Shown: positions 31,550 through 42,696, counted from the stretch's first letter. The stretch is 64,000 nt of DNA from Nitrosopumilus sp. (GCA_965203315.1 OZ241857.1:1-64000); one strand, 5' to 3'. Notes: a model not told the origin generated them from the letters alone. Made by a program: numbers and translations.

Positions 31550-31943
31550 TATCCGAACACAAATCTAGAAGCACCGTCTAGATGAGCGATTAACTGTCTG
31601 CCATTAGACAGTTGTTTCTAGTCTACACGCCCTAGAGTTGGAGTGTTTGTGTTCATATCGCGCAAATAAGTTGACTTTTATGTTGTTTTAGTTGGACATT
31701 CATCTCACAATATCTCATACACCGTGCATCGTGGAGTGTTTATTTCTAGATGCTCTACTAGATCGCGCTTGAGATTTGCAGATCCTTGTCGTGTTGTAAC
31801 ACGTAGTGTTAGAATAAGAGTGCTCTGGTATACTGGCCATGCTCTTCTTGATTCTACTATGGATCTTGGATATGTCGTCTAGTTTAGTTCTATGTTATTG
31901 TATGATATATTGGAATTTATAGCCTAGATGATCCTAGTTAACT

Positions 31944-32411
31944 ATGGCAAAGGGACGTGCTAGATACTGGAAACTTGAACCAAACGAGTTAGACACATTC
32001 CATTATGATGATACCAAGCTACTCAATTGGGAGATAAAGGGAGTGAGAGAACCAGAGAGTGCAGCCCAGTTTATTGGTATATTCTTGTATAGGAATGGGA
32101 CGGCGTTCGACTACGAGTCAGTCAAAGGGGTATGTTATTATCATAACAATATAGATAGGAATGAACTGCCAAAGATCACTGACTTTTTGCAGAAGAGGTT
32201 TAATGGCAAGTCTATGGAGAAGGGCGAACGTGTATTTCTAAAAGACTCTAAAGAGATCTATACTGGTAGTGAGATATGCAAACTTGCACAAGAGTTTGAG
32301 ATCGAGTTTAACGTAAAGGCGATCATATCATTAGAGTTTGAAGGACTGACACAAGACGAACTAAAGTCGGCAGGTCTGCCTGAAGCAAAGCTGTTGCCAA
32401 TTCCTACATGA
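31944..32411 (+). CDS. Conserved hypothetical protein
   Basis: 155 aa, TTTATA upstream, co-oriented with tatC. Confidence 0.8.
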   Translation: MAKGRARYWKLEPNELDTFHYDDTKLLNWEIKGVREPESAAQFIGIFLYRNGTAFDYESVKGVCYYHNNIDRNELPKITDFLQKRFNGKSMEKGERVFLKDSKEIYTGSEICKLAQEFEIEFNVKAIISLEFEGLTQDELKSAGLPEAKLLPIPT

Positions 32412-32438
32412 TTGATATACGACTAGAGACCATAATAT

Positions 32439-33221
32439 TTGATGTCAGAACTAGAAGCATTTAGTAAGCATCTCGAAGAGTTACGACGGAGACTATTGAG
32501 AATAGTCTTAGCAGTTGGAATAATCACAGTAATACTATTGACATTTCATCTAGAGCCACTCTATCTGGACAGTATAACTCTATACTATATTGTCCCTGAA
32601 CCACTAAACAACATTGCGGCCCAGATAACAAACTACATGAAGGCTGAACTAGTTCCAGACGGTGTCCAGCTGATTCAAACTGCGCCAGGCCAAGCATTCT
32701 TTGCACAGATATACATTGCAGCTCTCGTCGGCATCTCGATCGGAATGCCAATAATTGTACGAGAGTTGGTTGGGTTTATCAAACCTGCCCTCAAGGATAC
32801 GGAGATAAACATCAGCAGAAATATATCGATTCCATGTATTGGACTGTTTGCTACGGGTTGCATCTTTTCTTATGTGCTTGTGATTCCGTACATCTTGGAT
32901 TTTCTGTACCAGTATGGTGAGTCATCTGGTCTTGTGACCTTTCTAAACGTGATAGATTTTGTAACCTTTGTACTACAGTTTCTGTTGGCGTTTGGCTTTG
33001 CGTTTCAGCTGCCTATGATCATGTATGCAATATCGATGTCAGGAATGGTTGGGAATAATTTTTGGAAGAATAATATGCGTTATGCGATCGTGGGCATTGT
33101 AATATTTGGTGCTATAATCACACCTGATGGTAGTGGCGTAACGATGTGGTTTATTGCGGGACCAATGATCGCACTATACTTTGCAGGCATGTTTGTACTC
33201 AAACACAAATTGAAGACTTAA
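32439..33221 (+). CDS. tatC: Twin-arginine translocase TatC
   Basis: HLEELRRRL, FIKPAL, AFQLP, IITPD. Confidence 0.95.
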   Translation: MMSELEAFSKHLEELRRRLLRIVLAVGIITVILLTFHLEPLYLDSITLYYIVPEPLNNIAAQITNYMKAELVPDGVQLIQTAPGQAFFAQIYIAALVGISIGMPIIVRELVGFIKPALKDTEINISRNISIPCIGLFATGCIFSYVLVIPYILDFLYQYGESSGLVTFLNVIDFVTFVLQFLLAFGFAFQLPMIMYAISMSGMVGNNFWKNNMRYAIVGIVIFGAIITPDGSGVTMWFIAGPMIALYFAGMFVLKHKLKT

Positions 33222-33244
33222 ATGTAATATGTGAGAATGATGTA

Positions 33245-33448
33245 ATGATGTTTGGTTTACTGTCTAACTTTATTGCTGGTCAAGAGTGGATTATCATTAT
33301 AGTAATAGCCGTGATACTGATATTTGGAGCAAAAAAGATTCCCGAGCTTGCAAAGACTTTTGGCAAGGCCAAGGGCGAGTTTGAGAAAGGCAAGATCGAA
33401 GGTGAGAAAGAGCTCAAAGATTTTAAGGATAAAGCAAAGACAGACTAG
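33245..33448 (+). CDS. tatA: Twin-arginine translocase TatA
   Basis: TM helix then FGAKKIPELAKTFGKA.GEF. Confidence 0.93.
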   Translation: MMFGLLSNFIAGQEWIIIIVIAVILIFGAKKIPELAKTFGKAKGEFEKGKIEGEKELKDFKDKAKTD

Positions 33449-33858
33449 ACTCTAAACATCTCGTCTAGTATTGCACTATACAGCACATCATATCTGTTGC
33501 GCATATGACGTATCTGTGATATGATGCCGAGTTTTAGTTCAAACCTGATTCTCACTTTGGTACCATGTTGTACCGGCATGAATTGAGCTCTAATCTGTGA
33601 GCCCTTGCAGTCTCCACCAACAAAAAAGATATTGTGCGAGTTGGGTCTGTCTGATACATGCTTTGCTGTATATGTCAACTCTTGTTTACCGAGTTTCATA
33701 TGTGTCTCGACGATAGCAACATCTCCTCGTCTAGATCGAGGCCGAATTGATGGAAAGTGGCGTGGCATGCGACTCTGATGTGTGGTATAATCAGCGAATG
33801 CTGTAAATACATCATCGAGATCTGCATGAACAGTTCTCTCGATCAATAGTTTGGGCAA
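33445..33858 (-). CDS. SRPBCC/polyketide cyclase-like protein
   Basis: ERTVHA...VF...ADY......P pattern. Confidence 0.7.
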   Translation of the reverse strand: MPKLLIERTVHADLDDVFTAFADYTTHQSRMPRHFPSIRPRSRRGDVAIVETHMKLGKQELTYTAKHVSDRPNSHNIFFVGGDCKGSQIRAQFMPVQHGTKVRIRFELKLGIISQIRHMRNRYDVLYSAILDEMFRV

Positions 33859-33867
33859 CGAATGAGA

Positions 33868-34419
33868 CTACCTCCATCTGGGATATAATGTATGGTCGAT
33901 ATCAAACTGATCAAGACATTTACCGACACCGTGATCTATTATATCGTTTATTGTTTTGGGTTTTGTATAAAACTCTGTAACTGGTGGGAGTATCACCACT
34001 CCCAGTCTCGCCAACTTTAACATGTTCTCTAGATGGATAGATGATAACGGTGTCTCACGTACCATCAATACTAGTTTACGTGACTCTTTGATCGTTACAC
34101 CTGCTGCTCGTGCAACCAATGTATCGTCATATCCATTTGCAATAGCCGAGAGAGTCTTCATACTACACGGCGCGACGATCATTCCGTCTACGCGATGTGT
34201 GCCACTTGAGATACTTGCTGCCATGTTCTGTTCATCAGAGAATACGGTCGCGAGTCTCTGTATCTCATCGATGGTATAATCAGTCTCCATCTTGATGCAC
34301 TTTTGACCCCAAGATGATACTATTAGATGAGTCTCTACTCCTACATCTCTGAGAACTTGGATCAGTCTAACTCCATAGATGACTCCTGTACTGCCTGTGA
34401 TCCCGACTATTAGCTTCAA
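33868..34419 (-). CDS. ubiX: Flavin prenyltransferase
   Basis: GITGSTG, ISSG, APCSMKTL, RETPL. Confidence 0.95.
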   Translation of the reverse strand: MKLIVGITGSTGVIYGVRLIQVLRDVGVETHLIVSSWGQKCIKMETDYTIDEIQRLATVFSDEQNMAASISSGTHRVDGMIVAPCSMKTLSAIANGYDDTLVARAAGVTIKESRKLVLMVRETPLSSIHLENMLKLARLGVVILPPVTEFYTKPKTINDIIDHGVGKCLDQFDIDHTLYPRWR

Positions 34420-34474
34420 TGATCTATATTCATATCTCTCTGTATTTTATGTATTAGATTTGTTATTCAATACT

Positions 34475-34615
34475 AGACTGTATGCGTATTTCTTGTATCT
34501 TATGCACATTTTAACGTACAATAAAACACAGGCATGATTTCTAGAGGCAAATCGATTCATTGTTGTCATGTTTGATGATTGGACATGTGCACTCTTAATA
34601 ACACGCATACAGTCT
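34475..34615. mobile_element. MITE family B, copy 1 (141 bp)
   Basis: TIR AGACTGTATGCGT ... ACGCATACAGTCT; 3-bp target duplication ACT. Confidence 0.92.
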
Positions 34616-35014
34616 ACTGTTTATTATGTTGGAAAAAACATAGGCTGAATACATTACCATGTACACCTGACTAGGATCGTACTATACTCAAAACAAAATT
34701 TGATAAAGAGATATCTAGGACACGGATGAAGATTATTCCACAAGGAGGCTAGTGAAATACCATATGGCCATCTCTGTGTGTCTAAATTGTACGCACAATT
34801 TAGTCACTTGCTCATATTTTGTTAGTGTGTTATATTCATCAACTTTGAGATGAATCTTTGAGTGGCTATGTTTCACGAATTAGTGCAAAACTACATTTAG
34901 TAACTTGTCATAATATTCTTACACAAATCATAAACTAATCAACATACCAAAATATCCGTCAAATAGATCCTTGAGTTTTCAAAGCTTTATAAGAACTTGG
35001 GCGAGGGTGTGAGT

Positions 35015-35476
35015 ATGAGCACGCCTACATCTAGTCACGCCTATGGGATTGGGGCGATCGCGTTGATTGTTGGATTGTCAGTTACGGTTGTATACTATAC
35101 ATCATTTTATCTTCCAGAATCACTAGCAAAACCGAGTGTTGATCCACACATACTCGAACCAGAGAAAGTGTTTACCATAAGCATTCCTATAGATGCATCG
35201 ATAGAAGGAAATGAGCCTTACTCGCCAGATGATGCCACTGTATTGTTGAGCATAGACAACAAAGTCATCTGGGTAAACGACGACGGTACAGGTCATACGG
35301 TTACTCCTGATCATCGACATGCTGACAGTTATAGTGGCGACTTTGGTTCAGAAGGCGTTTTACAGCCTGGTGATACATACGAGTTTATCTTTACCGAACC
35401 TCAAGTTATCACATATCATTGTACGCCTCATCCGTGGATGAAAGGTACCATAACTGTAGAAAAGAGCAGATTCTGA
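35015..35476 (+). CDS. Membrane-anchored plastocyanin-like cupredoxin
   Basis: N-terminal TM, WVNDD..GHTVT, YHCTPHPWM. Confidence 0.9.
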   Translation: MSTPTSSHAYGIGAIALIVGLSVTVVYYTSFYLPESLAKPSVDPHILEPEKVFTISIPIDASIEGNEPYSPDDATVLLSIDNKVIWVNDDGTGHTVTPDHRHADSYSGDFGSEGVLQPGDTYEFIFTEPQVITYHCTPHPWMKGTITVEKSRF

Positions 35477-35707
35477 CCTCCAGACGAGATCTGAGATTGA
35501 ATTGCATTCAAAACATGTTATTCTGATTCAGATATGGGCAACAAACGACATATCTGTATCATTTAATATGAGATGCAGTCTAGATCGTTATCTCGAGACC
35601 GATTAAATTTTTGTTGCTAAAGTGATCCTTGATTGTGGATGATCTGTTGTGTACTCACACTAGATTAATTTACATATACGATCTGTCGTTTGAATTAGAG
35701 AATCATC

Positions 35708-36076
35708 TTACAAATATTTCGCAAAGATGATCTGGCTCTCGATCTCTTTATGTTGTTCTATGATCGATGCTCTAAATTTTATCTCATGTTGCTTAGATGT
35801 CTCAAAGTTGATCACAGCTGTGAATACAGCCTGATTCTCAGGCATGGATTCTCTGCTTATGAATAATCTAGATACATTTTGAGATATCTCTTTACCGTTA
35901 TAAGATTTGTAGATGATATGTTGGTTTGAGTCTAAAATCTGCGTGTTTACTACTATTCCGTCATATCTGCCGGGATAGTTCACAGATATACTACCTTTTA
36001 TCTCTGTATCTCGATGAATCTCGATTGGTTGTATTACAAACACAATATCTTTCATACCTGCGTCAAAACCTTGCAA
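35708..36076 (-). CDS. Conserved hypothetical protein
   Basis: Beta-rich ORF downstream of the tRNA; true start is probably the later ATG (MKDIVF). Confidence 0.7.
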   Translation of the reverse strand: MQGFDAGMKDIVFVIQPIEIHRDTEIKGSISVNYPGRYDGIVVNTQILDSNQHIIYKSYNGKEISQNVSRLFISRESMPENQAVFTAVINFETSKQHEIKFRASIIEQHKEIESQIIFAKYL

Positions 36077-36098
36077 GATAAATAATTTTATTTTTGAG

Positions 36099-36173
36099 CG
36101 GACCCAAAGGGCTTCGATCCCTTGACCATTGGATTAGAAGTCCAACACTCTATCCATGCTGAGCTATGGGTCC
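36099..36173 (-). tRNA. tRNA-Arg(TCT)
   Basis: GGACCCA acceptor stem, TAGCTCAG D-arm, TTGGA-CT-TCT-AA-TCCAA anticodon arm, AAGGG-ATCGAAG-CCCTT T-arm; no intron; CCA not encoded. Confidence 0.93.
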
Positions 36174-36445
36174 AATGATCCAAAAGATTATGATCATTTT
36201 AAGGGTTACATTTTTGATTTATGTGATCTGTACATGCAGAGTTAATTCTTAATTAGATGTGCGTATTATGATAATCATAAAGAATCAAAGCAAAATAACA
36301 TTTGTCTATCATTACCTGACTCTGATAACTGTACGCCCTTGAATTATAAAGTTGGGTTATATGTTTGAGTTGGCGGTCTATGTAGATTACACACGTGCGC
36401 TTTTTAGTTATGAATCTAAATGTGAAAGATCTTTTGGTTTTAGAA

Positions 36446-37411
36446 CTATCTTTTTCGTGCGAGAATTGCTATCTGGAGTGCGACTATAATGCCAATTGAT
36501 GCAATTATTGGAAATAGCAATGAGTTTAGTTGCGATGATGCTTCACTGATAAACTGTACAGATTTAGTTATGGTGTTGGTACTTTGATCGATCTTACTGC
36601 TTGCTGTACCTAATGTATCTCCGAAACCCTTTATCTCGGATTTTAGAGTATCTAGTTCTTTAGATGTTACATCTAGTATGGTGTTTAATCTCAATATCTC
36701 ATCAGAGATTCCACCCAAGTCTTGACTCAATACATTGGTGGCAGCAGAAGCATGTGAAGTAGTGCCTTGACTAAATGCCACTACGTGAAATACATACGTT
36801 CCTTCTTCGATTGGTGTATAATCTACATAGTATAGCCCTTGATGGAGCGATTTGAATTCGTCTGTTAGGGGGACCGTTTGGCCTGATGGTAGGTGTACAT
36901 GTGTAGTAGATAACAACTGTGTTGGATCACTCCCTATTAAGAGACCATCACTAGTGGTTTGAACAAAGACACGTATGGGTTGTTCTACTGCAGCAGTCTC
37001 TGGCGCAAATACTAGTATGCTTACTTGTCGTTGTACAGGTACATTTGTGAGGTCGGTAGTAGTAGCGAACGAGACGTCGGTGCTCTGTGATGTGCCTCTT
37101 TGGGTAGTGCTAATTATCTCCACCGTGTATGTGCCTAAAGGAAAGTTTGTAGAAGGTTCGGGCCATGTTAATGGCGAATAGTTGAATGTTCCATCTGCTT
37201 CGGTCTTTATCTGATCAAACTTTATGATCGACTGATCTGGAGCATATATTCGAATGATCAGATCTTCATTGGGTAGTCCAACCCCGTATATCTGAAGATT
37301 GTGATCTGGCGCATAGACTTTGCTGTTTGTCAATAGTTCAAGCTCTGCATATGCTGGTAGCACAGATACGTACATTGTTATAGCTACTAGTAGCAACACC
37401 GCTAGTCTCAT
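36446..37411 (-). CDS. Exported protein: signal peptide, Ig-like domains, coiled coil, C-terminal TM anchor
   Basis: MRLAVLLLV...AYA signal, beta-rich middle, heptad region, LLFPII...LARKR. Confidence 0.8.
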   Translation of the reverse strand: MRLAVLLLVAITMYVSVLPAYAELELLTNSKVYAPDHNLQIYGVGLPNEDLIIRIYAPDQSIIKFDQIKTEADGTFNYSPLTWPEPSTNFPLGTYTVEIISTTQRGTSQSTDVSFATTTDLTNVPVQRQVSILVFAPETAAVEQPIRVFVQTTSDGLLIGSDPTQLLSTTHVHLPSGQTVPLTDEFKSLHQGLYYVDYTPIEEGTYVFHVVAFSQGTTSHASAATNVLSQDLGGISDEILRLNTILDVTSKELDTLKSEIKGFGDTLGTASSKIDQSTNTITKSVQFISEASSQLNSLLFPIIASIGIIVALQIAILARKR

Positions 37412-37530
37412 TTTCAATGGTTGTATGCATGCTCTAATAGATATTGCTTCTGTACGTTCTGACATGTTTCGAATCAAGATATCTGATATAGTACAGGAAT
37501 ATGTTTGATGCTAGTTTCACCATGTATATT

Positions 37531-37544
37531 GGGGGGGGGGGGGG
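37531..37544 (+). repeat. Poly-G tract (G14)
   Basis: Direct read. Confidence 0.9.
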
Positions 37545-37916
37545 ATCAAACTAGTAGATTATCTCTAAAGCAAATGTCACAGTAACACAAGATCGAGTTA
37601 AATCTAACCTCATGTCACGACATACTATGCTGTATCACTTTGAACTACAGATGGCAGGAATAATATTGCTGGGCGCCATGATCGCAGGCGCTATATCACT
37701 ATGGCTGAAGCGTAGGAAGAACAAGATTGAAGAGATGAGTTCGAGTGACGGGTCTGACTTGTAGCTCTTTGATTCCTGCCATGTCAACATCAAGAGTTAG
37801 CGAAACAGAATGTTGACTGGTTCATGAGCATGTGTGCCAATTTATCCTTCAACTAACTAGTGATAATGGCTTGAATCTAACAGATCGATTTTTGAAGTGT
37901 CTAAAACATTTTAATA

Positions 37917-38023
37917 GGATCTTTTGAATTACATGAGATAGCACTCCTAGAAAAAATACTAGTGAACTTTATGGATTTTAGAGCAGTCTTCCAAAGTTTT
38001 ATCTAACGTAAATCAACAAGCTC
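37917..38023. mobile_element. MITE family A, copy 4 (degenerate)
   Basis: GGATCTTTTGAATTACATG ... AGAAAAAATACTAG ... ACGTAAATCAACAAGCTC. Confidence 0.55.
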
Positions 38024-38350
38024 GTCTTTTTTGTTATGTTTTAATCATGTGTGTCGCATGTATTGTTAGTATGCTTGTCAAATAGATTCCATCAAATGAT
38101 TATTTTGAGATATTACTCTGTTTGGGTTTGCGATATTTGGTCATCTATATAATTTAATAATTTTATGTTTATGGTCATGTGCAGAAATAACTTTACAGTA
38201 TTTCACAATTTCTTGATGTCGAATATTTTTTACTACTCTAATCTAGTAAAGAGTTTGTGAACTGTTAATCGAGAGCAGTCTTGATCTATAAATACAAACG
38301 TAACTTGTTTTTGTACGTGACTATAATCATAGTGTAAAGTTTATTGAATG

Positions 38351-38466
38351 GGGTCTTTTCGGTTTACATGTGATGCCATTTAGCACGCGTTTTCCATAAT
38401 TTTCACTTATGACATCTAGTGGTGCTTTTTCTGCAACAATTCATTTTACGTAAACCTAAAAGATCT
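38351..38466. mobile_element. MITE family A, copy 5
   Basis: GGGTCTTTTCGGTTTACATG ... ACGTAAACCTAAAAGATC, reverse orientation. Confidence 0.8.
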
Positions 38467-38474
38467 ACTTGAAT

Positions 38475-38615
38475 AGACTGTATGCGTATTTTTTACATCA
38501 TACGCACATTTTAAGGTACAATAAAACGCAGATGTAATTTCTAGAGGCAAATTGATTCATTCTTATCGTGTTTGATGATTGGGCATGGGCACTCTCAATA
38601 ATACGCATACAGTCT
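38475..38615. mobile_element. MITE family B, copy 2 (141 bp)
   Basis: Perfect 16-bp TIR AGACTGTATGCGTATT; TSD AAT. Confidence 0.92.
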
Positions 38616-38943
38616 AATGCTAGATCGAGCGCCTTGTCATACATTGCCAGAAATTATAACACACACTAAAAACTAGATATCAAGTTTCTGCTTCTACCAA
38701 CAACAGTACCATAACTTAATGCAATCGAAGAGTATTGACAACAACTAGAAAGAAAGTTGACACATATTATGAGAAATTTGAATATATGAAAGACACTGCC
38801 TCGGATTATATAAAAATACACAACACCGTCTAGACATTTTAAAGTATTTCCAGAGCGATAATAGATTAAAGTTATTTATTCAGAGCATTATGAGTCTAGC
38901 TTTAAACTCAAGACTTTTAATCTACAGTTGTCAACAACCAATA

Positions 38944-39345
38944 ATGTTTCAGTTTTTTACCATTAGTGAAGCAAATGATCTCTTGCCAGACATTATAAAA
39001 AAGTATGAATATGTGATGGCAAAACGTGACGATGTACAAAAGATTGAACATAGTATACAGACTAGTATGATCGCCGACAAGTCGCTTCAAGGATATGTTG
39101 AGATGAAGCAACAACTCAATACAGCTATAACAAAACTGTATGAATCAATCGAGATCTTGGAGGACACTGGTATTGTCATAAAGAGTCTTGAACAAGGGTT
39201 ACTCGACTTTCCATCCAAGAGATTTAACGATGAGATATGGCTATGTTGGAAGTATGGTGAGACTGAAGTAAAGTTTTGGCACGAACTCGACTCTGGATTC
39301 ATGGGCCGTAAGCCAATCTCTGTAAGTGACGAATCTCTAGTATGA
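38944..39345 (+). CDS. DUF2203 family protein
   Basis: FTI.EAN.LLP, GLLDFP, LCWKYGE...FWH....GF.GR. Confidence 0.9.
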   Translation: MFQFFTISEANDLLPDIIKKYEYVMAKRDDVQKIEHSIQTSMIADKSLQGYVEMKQQLNTAITKLYESIEILEDTGIVIKSLEQGLLDFPSKRFNDEIWLCWKYGETEVKFWHELDSGFMGRKPISVSDESLV

Positions 39346-39530
39346 TTCAAACTATATCTTACTAGTACTCTTAATTCATCTTTAGAGATCGCCTCTTTCA
39401 GATATGCTCATGATGCATTTTTTGATACCTGTGTGATTTGATAATCTCGTGACTATGTCGATCTATAGTAAACTGTGTAATAGATCGCTTATGTGGAAGA
39501 TTAATTTAGGCTTTGATGTTTTGTGATGTG

Positions 39531-40097
39531 ATGTCATACACTAAAGACACACACGTTGGTATAATAATGGGATCGAGATCTGATTCTCGAGTTATGCAAG
39601 GTGCTGCAGAAATGTTGGACAAGTTTGGTATAAAACACGAAGATCAAATTATATCGGCACACAGAACACCGTCTCGTCTAGTCGAGTACACAAAACATGC
39701 TGAAGAGTCTAAACTTAATGTGATTATAGCGGGGGCAGGAGGTGCCGCTCATCTGCCAGGAATGATTGCGTCATTTACCACCATTCCGGTGATCGGAGTA
39801 CCAATTCTAGTATACAATGACAAACACTCACAAGATTCCAAGTTGAGATCATCTGCGTTTGGTGGTTTGGATTCACTCTTGTCGATAACAGAGATGCCAT
39901 CAGGTTCTCCTGTAGTTGCAGTTGGAGTAAACAAAGCTACAAACGCAGGTATCTATGCGGTAAAGATACTTGCAAACAGATACCCAGAACTTGTAGACGT
40001 GTTAAAGAGATACAAAAATGAACAATACCATTCTGTCTTGGAAGAGTCTGCAAAGATGAAAGAGCAAGGATTGGTAGATTTTGCTAAACACCTCTGA
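39531..40097 (+). CDS. purE: N5-CAIR mutase
   Basis: IMGS.SD, SAHRTP, AGAGGAAHLPG, MPSG.PV. Confidence 0.96.
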   Translation: MSYTKDTHVGIIMGSRSDSRVMQGAAEMLDKFGIKHEDQIISAHRTPSRLVEYTKHAEESKLNVIIAGAGGAAHLPGMIASFTTIPVIGVPILVYNDKHSQDSKLRSSAFGGLDSLLSITEMPSGSPVVAVGVNKATNAGIYAVKILANRYPELVDVLKRYKNEQYHSVLEESAKMKEQGLVDFAKHL

Positions 40098-41357
40098 TTA
40101 TGTCATCAACTTGAATTGAATCTTGTTGCGAGTAAATGATTCGATTATCTGTTCTGCTTGTTCTTTGCCTTGTGTCTCGAGACTGAGAATTACTCTAGCA
40201 GATCCTGCCGCAACATCTGAACTTAATCTATCATGAACCACTTCGACGATATTGGCATTAGCTCGTGAGACTTCGTCTACTATATCTTTGAATGCACCAG
40301 GTCTATCTGGGAGCAAGATCGATAGTTTCAGTAAACGTCCCATAGCTGCTAGACCTTTGTCTACTATCTGACCCAGTAGATACATGTCGACATTTCCTCC
40401 TGCGAGCACTACAGCAACACGTTTACCTGGAGCGGGTCTCTTTGATATTAGGTATGCTAGACTTGCTGCACCTGCTGGTTCCACCACAAACTTCATTCGT
40501 TCCATGAGTAAGAACATCGCGTTTATGATCTCCGTATCATCCACCAGTACAATATCGTCTATCAGTCTGTTGATTATTGAATACGTTATTTTTCCTGGGT
40601 TTTTAACAGATATGCCATCAGCTATGGTTCTGCTACCTCCAGATGATTGAATCTTGCCTTCTTTGAACGATTTGTACAATGCAGGAAATGAACTCGACTG
40701 AACGCCGATCACTCTGACGTTGGGATTGTTATGTTTTACAGCAATGAGTATCCCAGCTGCTAGGCCACCACCTCCTATAGGCAGATATATCTCGTCGATA
40801 TTGGGCATCTCGTCTAGGATCTCAAGACCTATCACGCCTTGAGCTGCAATGATCTGTGGATCGTCAAACGCATGAATCATAGTGGCGCCTGTATCTCGAG
40901 CAATCTCTTTTGCTTTTGTCGATGATTGATCATAGTTTATTCCTTCCAATATTACGTTGGCTCCGTATCCTCTCGTTGCAGCTACTTTGGCAGGAGATGC
41001 GTTCTTTGGCATCACGATGGTACATGGTATGGACTCTAGAGATGAGGCTAACGCAACACCTTGGGCATGATTTCCAGCTGATGCTGCAACAACTCCATTA
41101 CGTTTCTCTGTGGCAGATAACGAACGTATCTTATAATACGCTCCACGTATCTTGAATGAGCCAGTCTTTTGTCGAAACTCTGCCTTTAGGAATATCTCTG
41201 AACCTGTAATCCTACTAAACGTCGGTGAATGTATCAGCGGTGTGCGTTTTATCTGATCGCCGCGCTTTACGTTGGCATCTTTGATGTCCTCATACTTTGG
41301 CTCTGATACTCTATTGTTCTGTTCCATGTCTATGCTCTTGTCACCTCTTGATTCCAT
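40098..41357 (-). CDS. ilvA: Threonine ammonia-lyase with ACT domain
   Basis: QKTGSFKIRGA, SAGNHAQG, PIGGGGL, DRPG; start uncertain. Confidence 0.93.
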   Translation of the reverse strand: MESRGDKSIDMEQNNRVSEPKYEDIKDANVKRGDQIKRTPLIHSPTFSRITGSEIFLKAEFRQKTGSFKIRGAYYKIRSLSATEKRNGVVAASAGNHAQGVALASSLESIPCTIVMPKNASPAKVAATRGYGANVILEGINYDQSSTKAKEIARDTGATMIHAFDDPQIIAAQGVIGLEILDEMPNIDEIYLPIGGGGLAAGILIAVKHNNPNVRVIGVQSSSFPALYKSFKEGKIQSSGGSRTIADGISVKNPGKITYSIINRLIDDIVLVDDTEIINAMFLLMERMKFVVEPAGAASLAYLISKRPAPGKRVAVVLAGGNVDMYLLGQIVDKGLAAMGRLLKLSILLPDRPGAFKDIVDEVSRANANIVEVVHDRLSSDVAAGSARVILSLETQGKEQAEQIIESFTRNKIQFKLMT

Positions 41358-41525
41358 TGGAGTTGTTGGTAAAGTTGGTTATTAAGTGCTATTCTAAAAC
41401 TGTTGTGGGATATCTAGCCAACATATTGCTCACATCTCAGATATGTGTTCAAACACGAGGATGTTGTTTCAGTCTTACGATCAATCATCATTAGATATTT
41501 TTAATCCATGATTAAGCTACAAGTG

Positions 41526-42662
41526 ATGGGTAAAGTTCTTGGCATAATTGGCGGTGGGCAGCTGGGAATGATGTTGACCGAAGCGGCTAAAAACTTTCCC
41601 GAGATATCAGAAATAGTTGTGCTCGATCCTACTCCAAACTGTCCTGCAACTCAGGTAGGTGCAAGACATCTGATTGGGGATTTTAAGAGTAAGGAACATA
41701 TCATACAACTCGCAAACCAATCAGACATAATCACATACGAGATAGAATCTGGAGATAGCGATGTGTTGGAGTTGGCGCAACAGTATGCAGAGATCAATCC
41801 CTTGCCTAGTACACTCAAAGTGATCCAAGACAAATTACTGCAAAAACAGTTTCTGCAAACACATGATATTCCGGTTCCAGACTTTGTCCAGATAGATACA
41901 CTAGAGGATCTCAGATCTGGTCTTGATAAATTTGGTTATCCTGCACTCCTAAAGATAAGACGAGATGCATATGATGGAAGAGGAAACTACAAGATCGATA
42001 CTCCTAATGATCTTGAAGTCGCATTCAACAGTTTCAATGGAAGATTGTTCCTTGAACGATTCATCAACTTTAAACTCGAGATATCGGTGATTGCAGCAAG
42101 AAATACCCTTGGTGAGATAAGTACATATCCGCCTGTTGAGAACATCCACGAGTCAAATATACTGCGCCAGACCATTGCGCCAGCAAGAATAGATGATATC
42201 ACCACACAGCGAGCAATAGATGTTGCATATGCTACGATGAGCATTCTAAAAGGCGCAGGAGTCTTTGGGATCGAGATGTTTGTCACGCAGGAAGATTCTA
42301 TTCTGATAAACGAGATCGCGCCACGAGTTCACAACTCTGGACACCACTCACTACAATCGAGTCTCACATCACAATTCGAACAACATTTACGTGCTATACT
42401 CGGTAAGAATCTCGGTAGTACAAAGCTAATTCATAACACTATAATGTATAATATTCTAGGATCGCACGAGTTTCAGGGTCGGTACAAACCGCCGGTAATA
42501 TCAACACCGAACATATTTCTAAAGATGTATGGTAAAGAGATATCAAAGCCGATGCGCAAGCTCGGACATTTGAATATTGTAGGGACCAACGGCGAGACGA
42601 TCGATGACTTGTTGAAGGTAATGGATAAGATCAAAACAGAGGCACTAGTTCACCCTGTCTGA
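41526..42662 (+). CDS. purK: N5-CAIR synthetase
   Basis: GIIGGGQLG.M, YDGRG, NEIAPRVHNSGH, RKLGH. Confidence 0.96.
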   Translation: MGKVLGIIGGGQLGMMLTEAAKNFPEISEIVVLDPTPNCPATQVGARHLIGDFKSKEHIIQLANQSDIITYEIESGDSDVLELAQQYAEINPLPSTLKVIQDKLLQKQFLQTHDIPVPDFVQIDTLEDLRSGLDKFGYPALLKIRRDAYDGRGNYKIDTPNDLEVAFNSFNGRLFLERFINFKLEISVIAARNTLGEISTYPPVENIHESNILRQTIAPARIDDITTQRAIDVAYATMSILKGAGVFGIEMFVTQEDSILINEIAPRVHNSGHHSLQSSLTSQFEQHLRAILGKNLGSTKLIHNTIMYNILGSHEFQGRYKPPVISTPNIFLKMYGKEISKPMRKLGHLNIVGTNGETIDDLLKVMDKIKTEALVHPV

Positions 42663-42696
42663 TTAGGTTTATTATGTATGATGCGAGATATTGTTC

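Noticed and set aside
31592-31613. AACTGTCT-N6-AGACAGTT palindrome
   Set aside because: Single occurrence with no partner seen; could be chance.
34475-38615. MITE-B copies 1 and 2 exactly 4000 bp apart, suggesting a composite element
   Set aside because: Each copy has its own distinct TSD, so they inserted independently.
36099-38890. tRNA-Arg as integration site of a provirus or island
   Set aside because: No integrase and no duplicated tRNA end seen.
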